Source: Raillietiella orientalis (taxonomy: Eukaryota). From it: a stretch of 64,000 nt of DNA. The stretch covers positions 992,001-1,056,000 of the forward strand of contig JAYWIR010000017.1 in NCBI GenBank assembly GCA_036172245.1, given 5' to 3'. The notes under the pieces are model-generated. The model ran no database searches, was not told the DNA's origin, and saw only the letters and a list, made by a program, of their open reading frames with translations. Positions 24,521 to 37,800 of the stretch are shown one piece after another (positions within the stretch are counted from its first letter, which is position 1; every line of letters starts with the position of its first letter). A program made the position numbers and the translations under genes.

Positions 24521-27150
24521 TGTATTTTGTTTCTCCGAAAACAGTAAGGAAAGCAACAGGAATTCTCACAGGTGAACAAATCTGCGAGCTCTTTGCAAAC
24601 TCGTGAATAAGCGGTATGTCCCAGAGAAGCATCTCTACACTTCCCATCTGTCGAATTTCACCGCGTACAGTGCAAATCACTAGACGGTCGGAAAATGGTG
24701 ATATTACTCTCGTTTCTCTTGCTCCTTCGAGCACCCTAATACATTGGGATATCTTTTTCGCGCTACCATGGCATCACATGCGCGAATGTCCGTCTCCAAG
24801 ATGTCTTTCTTGTTTCCCTGTGTAATTCTCAGAAGAACCCTGTCTCTTTTACCTTAATCCATGGGGACTGGATTTCCTCTGATGCCTTAGAGGGTAGTTC
24901 TGCAGGGTTGTTCTTCTAGAGAGGCTAGAAGCGATTCCAAATCGCGACACATGGAATGGAAACGCTTTCTGACCCAAAGGGAACCTCGTAGACACGATGA
25001 TAAAAGACTCTCCAAACGTTCTCTGCTGTGTTTTCTGAACACGATGCTGTGGAGAATGCAAGACGAAACCAAACCAGATTTGGATGATGTTCTCTAAATC
25101 GACTATGCTAACTGGGAGGTTTTCCAGCTTCAAGGCCGGGAATCGCAAAGTGCCTGCGGAGCTCCCCGTAAGGCAGAAAACAATTGCTCAGAAAATAATG
25201 GTGGCAAACTCATGCTAGAGCTTTCTACGAGGAAGACAGACTTTGCATAGGGATCGGTTTGAGTTAGGAACAGCTGCTCGTAAAGATAGATTTACCGAGG
25301 CACTTGCAGCAGGAGGAAGGAATTTCCAGGAATCCGGCATTTGAATGGTATTCGCTTCGCATCAACTCACAGTCGTCTTCTCCACTGCGTTGAAGCGCAT
25401 AAAGTTGGGAGCACTTCCCACATCCAGATTCTTGTTGTGCCAGCAAGTCATAAACGCTGGTGGACATTGTACTTCATGTCTCACTTGAGATTCACCATTT
25501 GTTTCTCCTTGAGAACACGTGTCCAGGTTACTTGGGGAGGGGAGCGCAAAAAAGGTTGGACAAACGAGCAGGAGGCTCTGAGATCAAACAAATGAAGGGG
25601 ATGAGATGCTGAAGATGGAAATATGCTTCCCAAACAGTATTACGAGAACTGCAGATTTTCATATATCTGGGAGTAAACTGGGAGTAAATAGTGAGTTCTT
25701 CTAGCCAGTCAACTGGGAGTAAATAGAGGGTAACAACGTCTGCTTCTTTTGCGAAGGGAAGGAAAGCTGCGCACTCTATTTGGAATTTCGTATTATCATA
25801 ATTTTCTGTATTATACCCTAATATTGCAAAGTATTGCTGATATACCAGAGTGGCTTGGAATTGTTACATGAAGTCCTATCTCTAAGTAACAATAAGCAAT
25901 CAGGAATCTTGTCAATGCCTAGTAAGCAGTCGTATTAAAGACATTCCGGAGGAACTTTATGGGATTCTGAAGACACGAAAACACGACTATGACTGGATAT
26001 GCGACCCATGCCCATGTGGCGTTCAAGCGATGGTTTCCACATCGGATTGCAAAAAATCATAGAGGAACCCCATAACAAATTCTCCTGCAATGATGATAAA
26101 CTCGTAATGAAAATTCTTGGAAGAACAGTTATCTCCTGCAATCACGCGTCAGACTTGGTCGACTGAGCTTCCAATTCTCTTCAGCTGCCGAATCCGTACG
26201 AGACTTCCGACGCACTGGTTCGGATCGGTCTCCGTCTCACTGCCATCTTGAGGGAGAACGCAAAAGTTCCTTCAGAGTTCTTTGGAAAACCAGACTTGAG
26301 TTCCTCCGGAAGGTGTTTTCTCGATAGGTGGCCTGTGGTGCCCGGAATCCAGGCAGCGTGTAGGCGGCCGTCATCTCCCGCGAAGGTTGAGGCTGCGGGT
26401 GGGTGATCCTTTTCAGCATCCGTCACAGCACTGACTTGGCCAGAGAAATCACACCGGTCTTGACGGTCGCCGATCGGACCGGAGTGGGAGCACCGCTCAG
26501 CTTCCTTACTCGTCAAAGGGCTACGAGAGTTCCGGGCAGGGATGTGTCGGCGTTTCGCATGGATATGAGGACGCATGTCCACACGCGGATAATCTGTCCT
26601 GATCCTTTCTCGGAAGCGGTAATTCACTCCCGCGGCAAGGATTTCTTCCGAGAGCTGTAAAACCTCGGAGGCGTCCACGTCGCCGATATGCTACTGGGGT
26701 CACCAAGTGATCCGGATGACCTCGGTCTTCTGGGTTGCAAGTGATAGAGTCAGGACCGCGCCGGTGAGGATCTAAGCCTCCATCCGGAAGACCCGGGACC
26801 AGGAGGTGGTAAGGCTGCTTGAGCCTTTGTCGATGGGTGCAGCGATTGGTGCCCACTTACGCGCGGGGAACAGACCCGAGGCGGCTCCGTTCCCGCAGCC
26901 TGCCTGGAGTCCTCTCTTTTTCTTCCTGAGGAGGACGTCCCTTGTGTACTTGGAGCCACTGCTCAAGCGCGTCCGTTCAAGCTCCTCAGGTGCCTCCAGC
27001 AATGATCCCTTCTCCCTTCCGCGTAGAGAGGAAGGCAACCGGACAAAGGGGAAGGCGACGGCTGGAGGGTGACTCCGTCTCTGTCTTCCCCTTTGTCCCC
27101 TCTTCCTCTTCCCCCCCCCTTTTCCCCCTAGGAGGACGAGGAAGCCTTAC

Positions 27151-27880
27151 GCGTATGAGCAGAGACAGGAACCGCTGCTCGTCCGGCAGCTCGGTCACCA
27201 ACTCCGAGGACACGGGCGTCCGGTGCTTCCTCTTCTTCGCTGTGACGTGGAAGGCGTTGGGGGAGGACGCCAAGGTCACCGCGAAGCCCTTCGCGGGAGC
27301 CTTCCCCTCGAACAGGAGCTCCGCCGGCAGGAACAGGGGGAACCTCGGGAAGGTCGACAGGTCTGCCGCCTTGGTGATGCTGCGAAACGGCGGGGGATGA
27401 GAGAGGGAAAGGGGGGGGGGGTCGATCGGGAGAGGTGACTGGGCTGCCTCCGCCGCTGTACTCACGCCCTTGTCCGGAGGGAGTCGCTGAGGATCAGCAC
27501 CCCTCCCGTCCCCAGCTCGAAGGCGTTTCGGAAGAACGCGCCGACGGCGTTCTCGGGAGAGCCATCCGCGGGCTGAGTTGGAGGACGAAGAAGAGCGAGT
27601 GAGCGCCCGGAGAAGGGAGAGGGAAAGGCGCGTGCGCGCGTCCACCCCCACAGCCTCCACCGTATCTTCCCGGTATCCCTGAGAGGAGAAACAAAAAACA
27701 ACAACAACAAAAAAAAAAAACGCCTCGCCTTCCAAAGACCTGCAGGCGCAGCTGGCACCGCGCATTGGCACCGAAGGACATGGGGTAGTTCTCAGTGTTT
27801 AGAGAGGAGATCCCGACAATGGACCCCATCTTGGTGGTGAGTTGGCACTTGCCGGTCAGCAGGACCACCATGTACCTCCC
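27151..27880 (-). CDS. Divergent CUB-domain-like spliced gene fragment. Exons ~27880-27740, 27572-27466, 27379-27151; both ends uncertain.
   Basis: Phase-compatible splicing gives GKCQLTTKMGSIVGISSLNTENYPMSFGANARCQLRLQ|PADGSPENAVGAFFRNAFELGTGGVLILSDSLRTRA|ITKAADLSTFPRFPLFLPAELLFEGKAPAKGFAVTL. This follows the CUB pattern C..S.NYP...N..C....F..FEL....L...D....F.....GF. Donors are GTCTTT, GTGAGT and GTAAGG, and the acceptors are pyrimidine-rich. Confidence 0.55.
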
Positions 27881-29780
27881 GGAGAAGGAGGAGGCGTTGA
27901 GGTGAGATGATGCCGGCGCCATCTCCGGGGGTACCCTGTCTAAGCTTCTTCCGTGGTTGCGCATCCTGGAGAGTGGCGTCTCCCACGTTTTCTGAAGGGT
28001 GGGAGGAGGTGATCCTGTTTCCACTTGAGAATGGATAAGAAGGAGGAGGAAGGGGTGGAGGAGGGGGAGAGAGGACCCTTCCCATCACTCCTGCGCGCCC
28101 CAGGCTTCTCTCCCTTGGCACCACGACGATCGTCAGTTGCTAGGAACCACTCCCAAGGCCGTGAGAATAGAGACAAAAATGGGGTCGCGACGTGGTCCCA
28201 CCCCCGCGCTACTCCCAGCTTAGCAGCGCCGGTGCAGACCACTTGTTTCTAGGCGCCACTCCTGTATGTCACGGGGAAGGGATCGGCGATCGGGCCCTGC
28301 TGCCCTGGGAGAAAGAGTACCCTCCTCGTCCAGCTCTGGGGACATCCCGAAGGACGCCAGGTGTATCTCAACCATTGATCCCAAGAGGATTCTTTCGAAA
28401 CCCCGAGGAAACCACCAAACTTATCGGTGCCTGAAGAGCGTTCATCCACTGCGCCTCCCGGGGCGGCTCACGGGGACGGCACCGGGATGCCAGAGCGAGA
28501 GCACTCCTCAGATCCAAGAGGAGGGAAGTTCAGGGGAAGATTCTCACGTCGCGTCTCGGAGGGATGTCCAGGCAGGGTCGCGGGAAGGAGCTCCAGGCCA
28601 GCCATGCCGTTTCTTCCCTCTCTTCTCTCCTGGAAGACGACTCTGCGCGACGGGCCCTTCCGGGAGTCCCTCTTGCTGAGAGGGGAGCGCCCTCTCCAGA
28701 GTAGGGGCATTCCAAGAGATCCACGGTGAAGGAGCGCGAGGCGGTCCACGCGCATTTTTCCCCGCCGTTCCTTGCTCTCATCCCTTGCCACTGGCGACCG
28801 ACACGGGAACGAAGCGGGAGATTCCCGCTTCGTTCCTTCCCTCCCACTCCCTATTCGATCGCGCCCCCGTCCCTCACGGGAGCGAGGTCTTCCAGAGGAT
28901 AGCGTATGGCCTCGGAAAAATGGGCCTTTTTTATGTGAGAGGACCCGGTATCCGGAAGGTCGCTCCCGAAAGCTCAAGGGAGGGCAATCCCGGGGAATCC
29001 GTCCGCTGTCTCGACGAGATGACCCCTCTTCCGAAGGAGAGGTGAAGTGTACGCCTCTCCCGATCGGAACGGGTGCAGGCGCACTCCGTGGGGACCAGAG
29101 AAGGAAGTGGGAGGTGCCCCAGGGAACAGGGGTGAGCATGCACCTCTACCCCCCCCACCACCACCACCACTCTCCTCTTTCCCATTCTTCCCTCCTACAC
29201 AGACGCAGCACCGCTCTAGGAGGCAAACACCCGGACTAACGGTCCTTCCGGTCGCCGTTGGAGACTCCCTCCAGCCCGGAAGCCTCTTCCGGTTCTCTCT
29301 CCCCGGAGGGAGCCTCTACCGTTGCCTTCGCTCTCCTCGGAGGCGGGTGCCTTCTTCCTGTCCGAGGGATGGTGGGGTCTTCCTTGCTCATCAGGAGCGA
29401 CAGACGGCGCGAGGCGACTCTCACAGAATTCTCATGGAAGCTCGGCTGATGCTATCGGGAATCTGGACTTCCCCGGGAAAGGGGATGCAGCGCTCCCCTT
29501 TCTCGTCATCTGGATCCTTTCGTGTCCCCTTATTGTCGCAGGAAACAGAAAAGGAGGATGCAGCGCTCCCGGACTTCGAGGCTGGGATCGCTCTGCCGCG
29601 CACCTGCCAGGGAGCGGCAGGGCGACCCTTCTCGAACGCGGTCTAGGCATGGGGAGGGAGTCCCGTCCCGGATGACCAGCAGAGTCCTGGAGAGGAAGGC
29701 AGAAATCCACCACCACGGCTTTCCTTTTTCTTTTTTTTCTTTCTAACCAGGATGCCGGCAAGGGGAAGGAAAGCGTTGGC

Positions 29781-30751
29781 GCTCAGGGGTCTATGAAGGA
29801 GGCGCTGCGGGTTCGGATCCGACTGGAACGCGCCCCGGGTCGCCACTTTTCCCTGTCCTCCTCCCCGTTCCTTCCAGGGATGCAGTAGCGGCAGCTCTCA
29901 CCACGAGCAGGCCGATGGCGATGGCACTCGCCAGCATCTTTCCGGCAGCCAAGGGCGGCGGAGGCATTCCCGACCGACGGTCTCCAGCAGGTAGACGCTC
30001 CCGAACCGACGCTTCCCGGCGGCACGCCCTCGCAGCAGCACCACCGCGGTCCACAGATGCACTGAGCGGATTCCGTCGCGGGAACGCGTGGGTAGCCTCC
30101 CTTCCGCGGCGCCGATCGTCTCGCGCGCGCGCCGGCGAACTGGCGCCTCGAGTGCGGGAGAGGGAAGGCGGAGGGAAAACCGGAAATGCGGGTTGAGGGC
30201 GGTCTCCAGAGGAAGCGCGGAACGGGGACTGCTGCCTGTTCCCAGGAAGAAAGAACCGATGTCCTGTCCTCTGCAGGCCCTTCCCTACTAGGTCTTTCCT
30301 CCTTCCTTCCGGGCATCTCTGCTTCCGGAATTCTGACCTCTTCACACGGAGGCAGCGTCCGTCGGGAGCAGGGCGGGAGGCGCGTGCCCGAATTCCTTCC
30401 CCTGGCAGGCGCCACTCCCTGGTTCTCTCACTTCTCCGGGACTTCGGGAACGCACGCATGCCTCTCCGGAAGCCTCCTCCCTCGTCTGGATCTCCCTTCA
30501 GCCTTTCTTTCCCAAGGACATGTGTCCCTCATGTGTCCCACTCAAGGAACGGGTGGGTGGGAACGAGGAAGACATCGGCTCTTAGGGACCCCTGAGGGAG
30601 GCGCTGCGGGTGTCAGGTCTGACCAGAAAGCGCCCCGGGTCACCGACTCTTCCCCCTCTTCATCCCCCTTCCAGGGAAGCCTCAGCAGCAGCTCTCACCA
30701 AGAGCAGGCCGATGTCGACGACACCCTCCAGCGTCTTTCCGGCAGCCGAGG
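29781..30751 (+). repeat. Two diverged direct copies of a ~170-bp module (29781-29954 and 30579-30751)
   Basis: Shared blocks are GGAGGCGCTGCGGGT..GCGCCCCGGGTC and CCTTCCAGGGA..GCAGCTCTCACCA.GAGCAGGCCGATG..CCAGC.TCTTTCCGGCAGCC.AGG. Confidence 0.85.
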
Positions 30752-32067
30752 CTTGCTTGCAGTCACGCGGCAAACAGAAAAACTTCAAGGAACCCTTCCT
30801 GAAAGGGTCCTTGAAGCCGTTCTAGAAAAACTAGCCTTGGGGTGGCTGCGGAACACACGGCCCCTCGGGAAAAATCGCTGGCTCTCGGGAAGCGTGGGAG
30901 GATCGGTGGGCAAGTGCAGGAGAGGAGGGGTCAGAGGGATGGAGGAAGAATTCAGGACAGAGGAAGAGACTGTCCTTAGGGAAGGCAGGATTTCCGAACT
31001 TCTGGTCAGGCGCGCTTCCTCTCCAACGGTCTCATTTTCCTTGGAAACAGGAGAAAACCTCCGAGAACCGTTCTCAAAGGAACTTCTCACAAGGTGGGAA
31101 AGCTCTCTCTCTCTTCCTCCTCCTCCTCCTTTTCTTCTCAGGAACCTCCTGCTCCCCCTGCAACCCCTGTCAGCAAACCTCACCTCTTCACCACGGAGTA
31201 GGGACGCAAGCTGGAAAAGAGAGAGGCTATTCCCTAGAAGATGAGGAATAAACAGCCCTGTATAACCTCCTCCTTCCATTGCTTGCATTTTCACCAGAGG
31301 TCATAGTGGTCCTCCCGCGTCGGACCGAATGAGAGGAATAATCCCATCTCAGCCATTCCAGGTCTCCCGGAATGGGAGGTGTTCGGAGGTTCTTGACCCG
31401 TGCAGCAACTATCCCAGCGTCCCGTCGGCAGTGGCTCACGTGACATTGACCTCCTCCGGATCTTCCACATCGCCATCCTGCTTTGCCCTTGCGGAGGCCG
31501 TACGCAAAAAGACGCTTCACTGCCGTACTCAACAACGGGAGCTGCCTGCGCCCCTTCCAGGCTCGAGGACGCACGCCGAGCGGAGTCCTGCTTCCGCTTC
31601 GGGCTGGGAAGACCTCACCGTCCCATCCATCCTGGTCTCACTCGCCACGATGAGGTCCAGGCGAGAGTTGCAGTCCGTCGTGACCGAGGTCCCTTGCGGT
31701 GTAAGGGGCGGCGTGCCCAAGAGATCTTTGACCAGGGTAAAGCTCACTCCGGTGTCGCTTCCTGCAGCTGCAGAAAACTTTTCCAGGTCTGGTTGCATTG
31801 GCAGCTGGGATCGGCTATCAACACGCCAGGCGCACGCGTATGGAGTGCTTGCTGCTGTTCGCTTCCAGATGGCCCCAGCTGGGTGGAATGAAGAAGTACC
31901 TCGAAGGCGTCCTGCAAAGGATGGACCCGCGGAAATGCAAATCGATATGCCTTCAGGCAGATACCACCGACACAACAGGTCTCTCAGAGGTCCCTGTCCC
32001 AAGAGTCATGAGGAACAGTCGTCAGGAAGGCGTAGCCGGTGCTGGGAACCCTCGATCATTCTCTTAT

Positions 32068-32457
32068 GGCCCGCATTGGCGACCGTGTGGCTGGGGTCTC
32101 CGCTCGTGGTACCAAGCGTTGCAGATTTGAATCTCCACGTGGAGAATTGACGCCGGAAAATGGATGCGTCGTGGGTTTCGATTTCCCCCTAGAAGAACTC
32201 TGGCTGGACCAGGAGCTTCGCGTGCTTCGGATGCACCCGTCGACTGGCCAGGATTGGAAGTTGATCCTCCGAGATCCTTCCAGGAATCAAGGAGTCGGTT
32301 CCTTTCGGGGTTCTCCTTCGGTTGTGCAAATGGAACCGTCCCTCCTTCCCGAAGGAAGGGAGAGGACCCTCCATCTCGTACCATGGAGCTGGTTGGTTGA
32401 TACCTCTCCAGAGTGTGAAGCGCGCTGTTCCCTGCGGGAAGCGCCCTTCAGAGAAAT
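32068..32457 (+). mobile_element. Putative tRNA-derived SINE, copy 1 (degraded B-box)
   Basis: Collinear similarity over ~390 bp with 40521-40931, including CCGTGTGGCTG.GGTCTCCGC, GGATTGGAAGTTGA, GGAATCAAGGAG, CGGTTGTG, GGAACCGTCCC, GAGCTGGTTG and TTCAGAGA. Confidence 0.65.
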
Positions 32458-35400
32458 TGGGAATCGACCCTTCGGGGTCTCCTTAGAGGTAGGAATATAG
32501 AGAAGATCCTTTCCTGGTTCCCTTCAGAGAAGAAATAATGGAGCGGCCCCCTCCAGAGAAAATAAGGAAAGAATCCCTTCGGGGTTCCCTCCCAAGAGTA
32601 AGAGGAGCAGACTCCTTCTTCCGGAGCCTTCCTGGATTCATAGGTGGTCCTCTCCTGGGGTGCCCCCTGTAACTCGAAGGGTCACACACGCCCTCGGGTG
32701 GCGTGGACAGTGGCAAAGAGCTTCGTGAGTCCCCCTAAGGAGGCGAATGGTTCTTCAGCACCCCATGAGAACCAAAAAACGGGGAAAAAAAGGCAGCTGG
32801 AAAGAAAGCAGCGAAAACAGAAGCATTCAAGAGAATTCCCATCATCAATAGTAACGATCCCCCCGTGAAGTCGCTACTGATTTTTTTTTCAAAAAGAAAA
32901 AATTTTGGGGGATGTGCCTGGGTGATGACGTTTGCCTGAAGGTGCGTTTTCCTAAGGTTCGACCTGATTCGAATCGCTCTCGAACAAGTCCATGAAAAGC
33001 TCCAAGGATCAGCCCATGTCAGCCGGCCCTGGGCAAGGTTCCTCTCTTCGTTCGAGAACCTTTGCTCAAACAGACACCTGTGATTTCAGATGCTCGCCTG
33101 ATCCTCCCTGCGCGTTCTGTTTTTGTTTCCACTCTCTTTTTTTTTTTTTTTTTCGTTTGGCAAAATCAAAACGGAGCTGAAAAGCACCGCATGGAGATTG
33201 AGGGACCATCGCCTCCTCCCCAAGTGAAAGCAGCTCTCGGACACTGGCATGTCATTAGGAGAGCTCTGAATGCTCGTGAAATGCTAACCGTGCCCCTTCC
33301 CAGGAATACGGCCGAAATCTTGGAACTTTATCAACCCACGTATCTGGTTAGGAACACATCCTTCACTATACAAGCCCCGTGGCACTAGCCCATTCGGCAT
33401 TTCTGCTCTCACAGCCACCTCCTAATTCTTCTTTAAAGGATCACTGCAGACGTTTCCTCTGATGTAAGGCCAGGATCCACTCTATCAGTACTTTGCACCC
33501 TGGATGAAGTCTTCATTAGTTATTTTTATGGCAGATGCGTGCAGCGTTCGCTAACAAGAGCGAACCGCCATCAGACGCTCTGCCGGCTGCGTTATTCTTC
33601 GGCTATTTCACCCAGCGTTCCAAACGGCCGATGCAGCTGTGCCACTTCCAGACCTCATCCTCGTCCCCCGTTGTTAGGATTTGGATTCAGTTCACCAAGT
33701 CATCCCGAGACTCGTAATCCCAGGCTAGAGTTCGAACGGTTGCCACAGTGTCTACTCGTTGACAGAGAAGCGGCGGACGGGTTCCCTTGATATTTTTCGA
33801 TTCCTCTCCACCATTCAATTCGAAGAGATCCCCACGGTCTGGAATGCAGTCACGTAGGACTGATCCATCCGATAGAACGTAATGAGTAAACAACAGTTTC
33901 TGCCAAAAATTAAAAGAAAAAGAGAGAGAGATTTTTTTATTTTCTTCATGCATCCCTGAAACAGCACTTTCTGCCCCCAACTGCAATCTCTGCTGATACT
34001 CCGGTTCCCCCGAAGACATGCAGCGTGGTGAATGTTGTCCATAGCTCATCCAATTTTCAAGCTCATAAGAAAGAGACAGGCCCTCCCTTTTTAGTTCACA
34101 AGAACTCGCCTTCCCTCGAACCGATTCCTGAACTCGCGCTCCATCGGATCGGGTGCTCCACGTGGACTGCGTGAAGAATGTGGTCTGGATTTCAGACCTC
34201 ACTGCTTAATGAAGGTCCTTTCGCGAACAAGGCAACAAGTTCACCTATGCTGCCACCTATGCTGAGGTGAGCATCCTGAGTGGTGGCGCGGATACGGGAC
34301 ATTTTGCCCACTTCATCCTTCTACAAGTTGCCTTCCAGACAAGCTGCTAAGAATTTCTTCCTCCGTTCCAGGAGAAGATCGTTCAAGGTTTCCATCTTGG
34401 CTGTTTTCTGCTCCACGTCCAAACCTAACAGGGGATGTGGGTTGTCGGCAAGAATGGACCTCTGTGTCTGCAAAGACTGTGCAGAAGAAAGGTTCAACAA
34501 GGACATGCTGCTCATGTTGCAGTGGGCTTCCTTAGGCTTGCAAGAGTTTTGCTAGGAGTGCCTGGAAACTCTGAGAAGCGGCCCCGAGTGCTTGCCAGTC
34601 GGAAGACCTCACAATCTCCTCTTCCAGACAAAGGGTCCTCAGGCGAGATACTTGTTGCCTCTGGATTCAGAACCGCCGTGAGGAGATGGCATCTCTGCAA
34701 CAGTCTGTCTTCGGCTGCCAACTGGGTGAGGAGGAGGATGCTTTCGGATCAACAAATCTCCGATTCACGGTGCTGTGTGGAAAGGACAGGGGGACACAGC
34801 CACACCTAGAAAGGGAAGCCGAACCTGTGCTCCATTCGTTCGGCAGCGAAGATCCGGTCTGACTCCATGGTGGACACCTGAATCTGTTAGTAGATGACCT
34901 TTATCTGCAAAACCTTGACAACCATACACCTGTTTAATGCATGTTGTTTCGGAACTTTTTGAGGAGCAGGAGGTTGAGGAATGGAACAGAGAAAGAAGAG
35001 AATGCAGTCTTTTTTACTTTGCACTCTGTCAGCTGTCTCTTATGCCGGGAATATTCGATGGCGAACACAGATGAGATGCCAATAAAGAGACCCCAATGAT
35101 TGATAGTTTGAATCGCACTAGTTTCTTGTTCCAGAATATCCCTAAGGATGCCGTATTCTGGAAATGCTGCTTTTGCCCATCAAGGAGAGTGCAGAGCTGC
35201 AGTTTTGGGTGAAGGTTTGACCATTCAGAGCTGCTCACGGAGCAGGGACGACCTCGAAGGCCTTCTGCAAGGTATGGGCGCAGCAAAACAGATGCCGATC
35301 GCAAGATTTCCTGCAGTAATAAGTGTACCGGTCTCTTTCCTAACCCAGATCCCTGCCTACGACAACGATCGCAGACCCGTTTCTCACTCTTCATGATGCT

Positions 35401-36899
35401 GCGTTCAGGAGCCACACAGCAGTGCTACTAGGATCTCCCTTTTGTTGCTGAAATGTTTAAGAGCTTTCGAAGCATGTCGAGACTTTGTTGTTTGTTTGTT
35501 TCTCGTTACCTAGGGTGCCTGAAAGGCTGCAAGGTGAACTTCCACCGGCATCCCGGAGTTCTAGCATTCTCTCGTCCAGGTGGATCGAAAGCAGCAGAAT
35601 AGGAGGCTGCTACCTTTGGCACGGCATGACATCTCCCATCCTTTCCTGGTTCGCATCTGCACGCAGAGCTGCTAAGAAATTTCCGTTCACAGAATGCTGC
35701 CTCTGTTGGTTCACGGACGTCTGAGCTGCAGCTAGACAATAGGAAATACGCAGGACCAGAAGCAGTACCAAGACAAACAAGGGATGGGATGGGATTCCCA
35801 TGGACTTTGTATCCATGCAACAACCCGTTCTCAGAGCAGCGCTTGATCCTCCTGGTGGCGGTCCTCTGTGGAGAAATCGGTATTACCTGGTTATCGAAGA
35901 ACAATAAATGCGTTCTTAATGAGATCAATTTCGGCCTTTCGGTAGTCCAGAGTGGAGACTCACCCAGACCCAGTATCTTTCATAGTCTTTACAAAGGACC
36001 CAAACAAACCTTCAGTTCTGCTGCAAATCCATGGAGCAAGGTGTTCAGATTCACGGGCAGGAGGATTTGCATCTGCAGTCCAGATATCGGTCCCTTCCAG
36101 CATCACCTGGAAAGTTAATAAGCTTCATGTCGGGGCGCTTCTCTGGTGAGTTCTTCCTCCGCACCCTTCAAAACAAGCCTGGAACTGCTGCGTTTTCGGA
36201 TAGCAGATCTGGAACCAGCAGGGGATACTGGAAACCTCACCTGGAAGGTGGGAGAATCACGGATGAGCTTTGGATTCCCTCTCACTCGTAGATAAAACTG
36301 GGACCTCAATAGGGTGCGCTTGTGGGGAAGGGTCTTTCAGAGGTTGTGCCCACTTGTTGCCATCCATCGAGGGAGGGTCCATCAATCAGTTACGGGAGGC
36401 ACGACCTTTCATTCTTCCTGCGGTGGATATTGACGGCGGCAGCTAGTTCTTCTAGCTGCCATGAAACCCCCCTTCCGGAAGTCTGGACCCAAGACAGACG
36501 TCGCGTCCTAATCGGAGTCCTGGACGAGAGCTCATGAGCGCCTGCAGCTCCGTCGGAGCTGGCGCCTCCTGGAATCTCTTGCTATCTCCAGCCCTCCGGA
36601 CGCCGCCTCCTCTTCATGAAGGAAGGAAGACCCCGGTTCCACACGGCAGCGCTACGTGTCTCGGAAGGCGACAGCGCCAACCTTCTTCCCTCCCTGATCC
36701 CCTCCGCGCGCCTCCATCGATATCCTCTCCTCTCGTCGCTGAGGTCTCCGACCCGATCGGTCTCCGACGCCGTCAGACGTCGGAGACCCGCCGCTCCCTG
36801 CGCCCTTTGTAAACGCGGAAGCTCCGCAGCCTCGAGAGTGAAAAGCCGTTCAATCCGGCCTTTGTGTTGAAGGGACGGCGGCGGAACGCGAGATGAGGA

Positions 36900-37800
36900 A
36901 GAGGAAGGGTCAGCACTGGAAGGTGCTCACGAAGAGGCCATGCGACCTACCTCCCCACCCGCCCGCCCACTCCAAAAAATCACACAGTCGCACACACAGA
37001 TCGGGGTCGGAGGGGGCGTCCCGGGTTGTACGAGCCTCCTCTGCGCGCGCCGCCACGCGGAAGCGTCCACCCCTCGCTCTCTCCGCTTGCCTCGCCGGGT
37101 GCTGCTGAGAGGTCGCTGCAGCCGCCGTCGGGGCCGTCCGGATGCTCTTGGCCGCGTCTCCCCCTCCCCCTCCTCCTCCGGGCGGCGGCAGAGTCCACTC
37201 GTCGCTAACCACCCGATTGGTCGGTCGTCCCCCGGCGAGCTTGCCGGGAGCCGCCGCCGCCGCCCTGCGAGCGAGGGCGCGCGCTGCCGCGCGCGAGCGG
37301 GTCCTCCCGTAGTCGCGCCGTTCCAGCGGAAGAGGAGCGACCTGCTGCGCGCATCGCTCCGCCGCCGCCGCAAGGGATGACGTGGGCGCGGACGCTCAGC
37401 TGCATCCGCAGGAAGCCGAAGGCCACCCGCTGCAAGATCGTCTTCCTCGACGGGCGCGAGGTGCTCCAGGAGTTCCCGGTAGGCCGTTGCTCCTTCCGCC
37501 CCCGCTCCCGGAGAGGAGGGGAACGGACGTTTGTGCGCGCTCGCGTCCCCCGTCGTCTCCCCCTCCACCTGCTGCCCGTTAGGCTCCGCGTGTTCCCGGC
37601 GCGTTCGCGGACGGGGAGGGGGCGCCGTGCGCAAAAAGTCCGTCTTTTCTGCCGTGCCGGCGCGTGCGCGCGTTTTGCATTTTGTTTTTTTTTTTTCTCT
37701 CTTTTTTGGGTTTTGGGGTTTCCGCCGGATATGTGCTGGGCCCCCGAGGCAGAAGTCACTCCGGAACGAGCGTTGCGGAACGCCGTCGGCTGACCTGCAC
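36900..37800 (+). promoter_or_regulatory. CpG-island-like promoter and 5' region of the FERM gene
   Basis: Very high GC and CpG density around the ATG at 37377, with an inverted CCAAT (GATTGG, about 37215-37220) and GC-rich tracts. Confidence 0.45.

Noticed and set aside
25666..25725. Three copies of CTGGGAGTAAA (similar triplet CAACGAGGAT at ~7929-7972)
   Set aside because: Short local slippage duplications with no supporting context.
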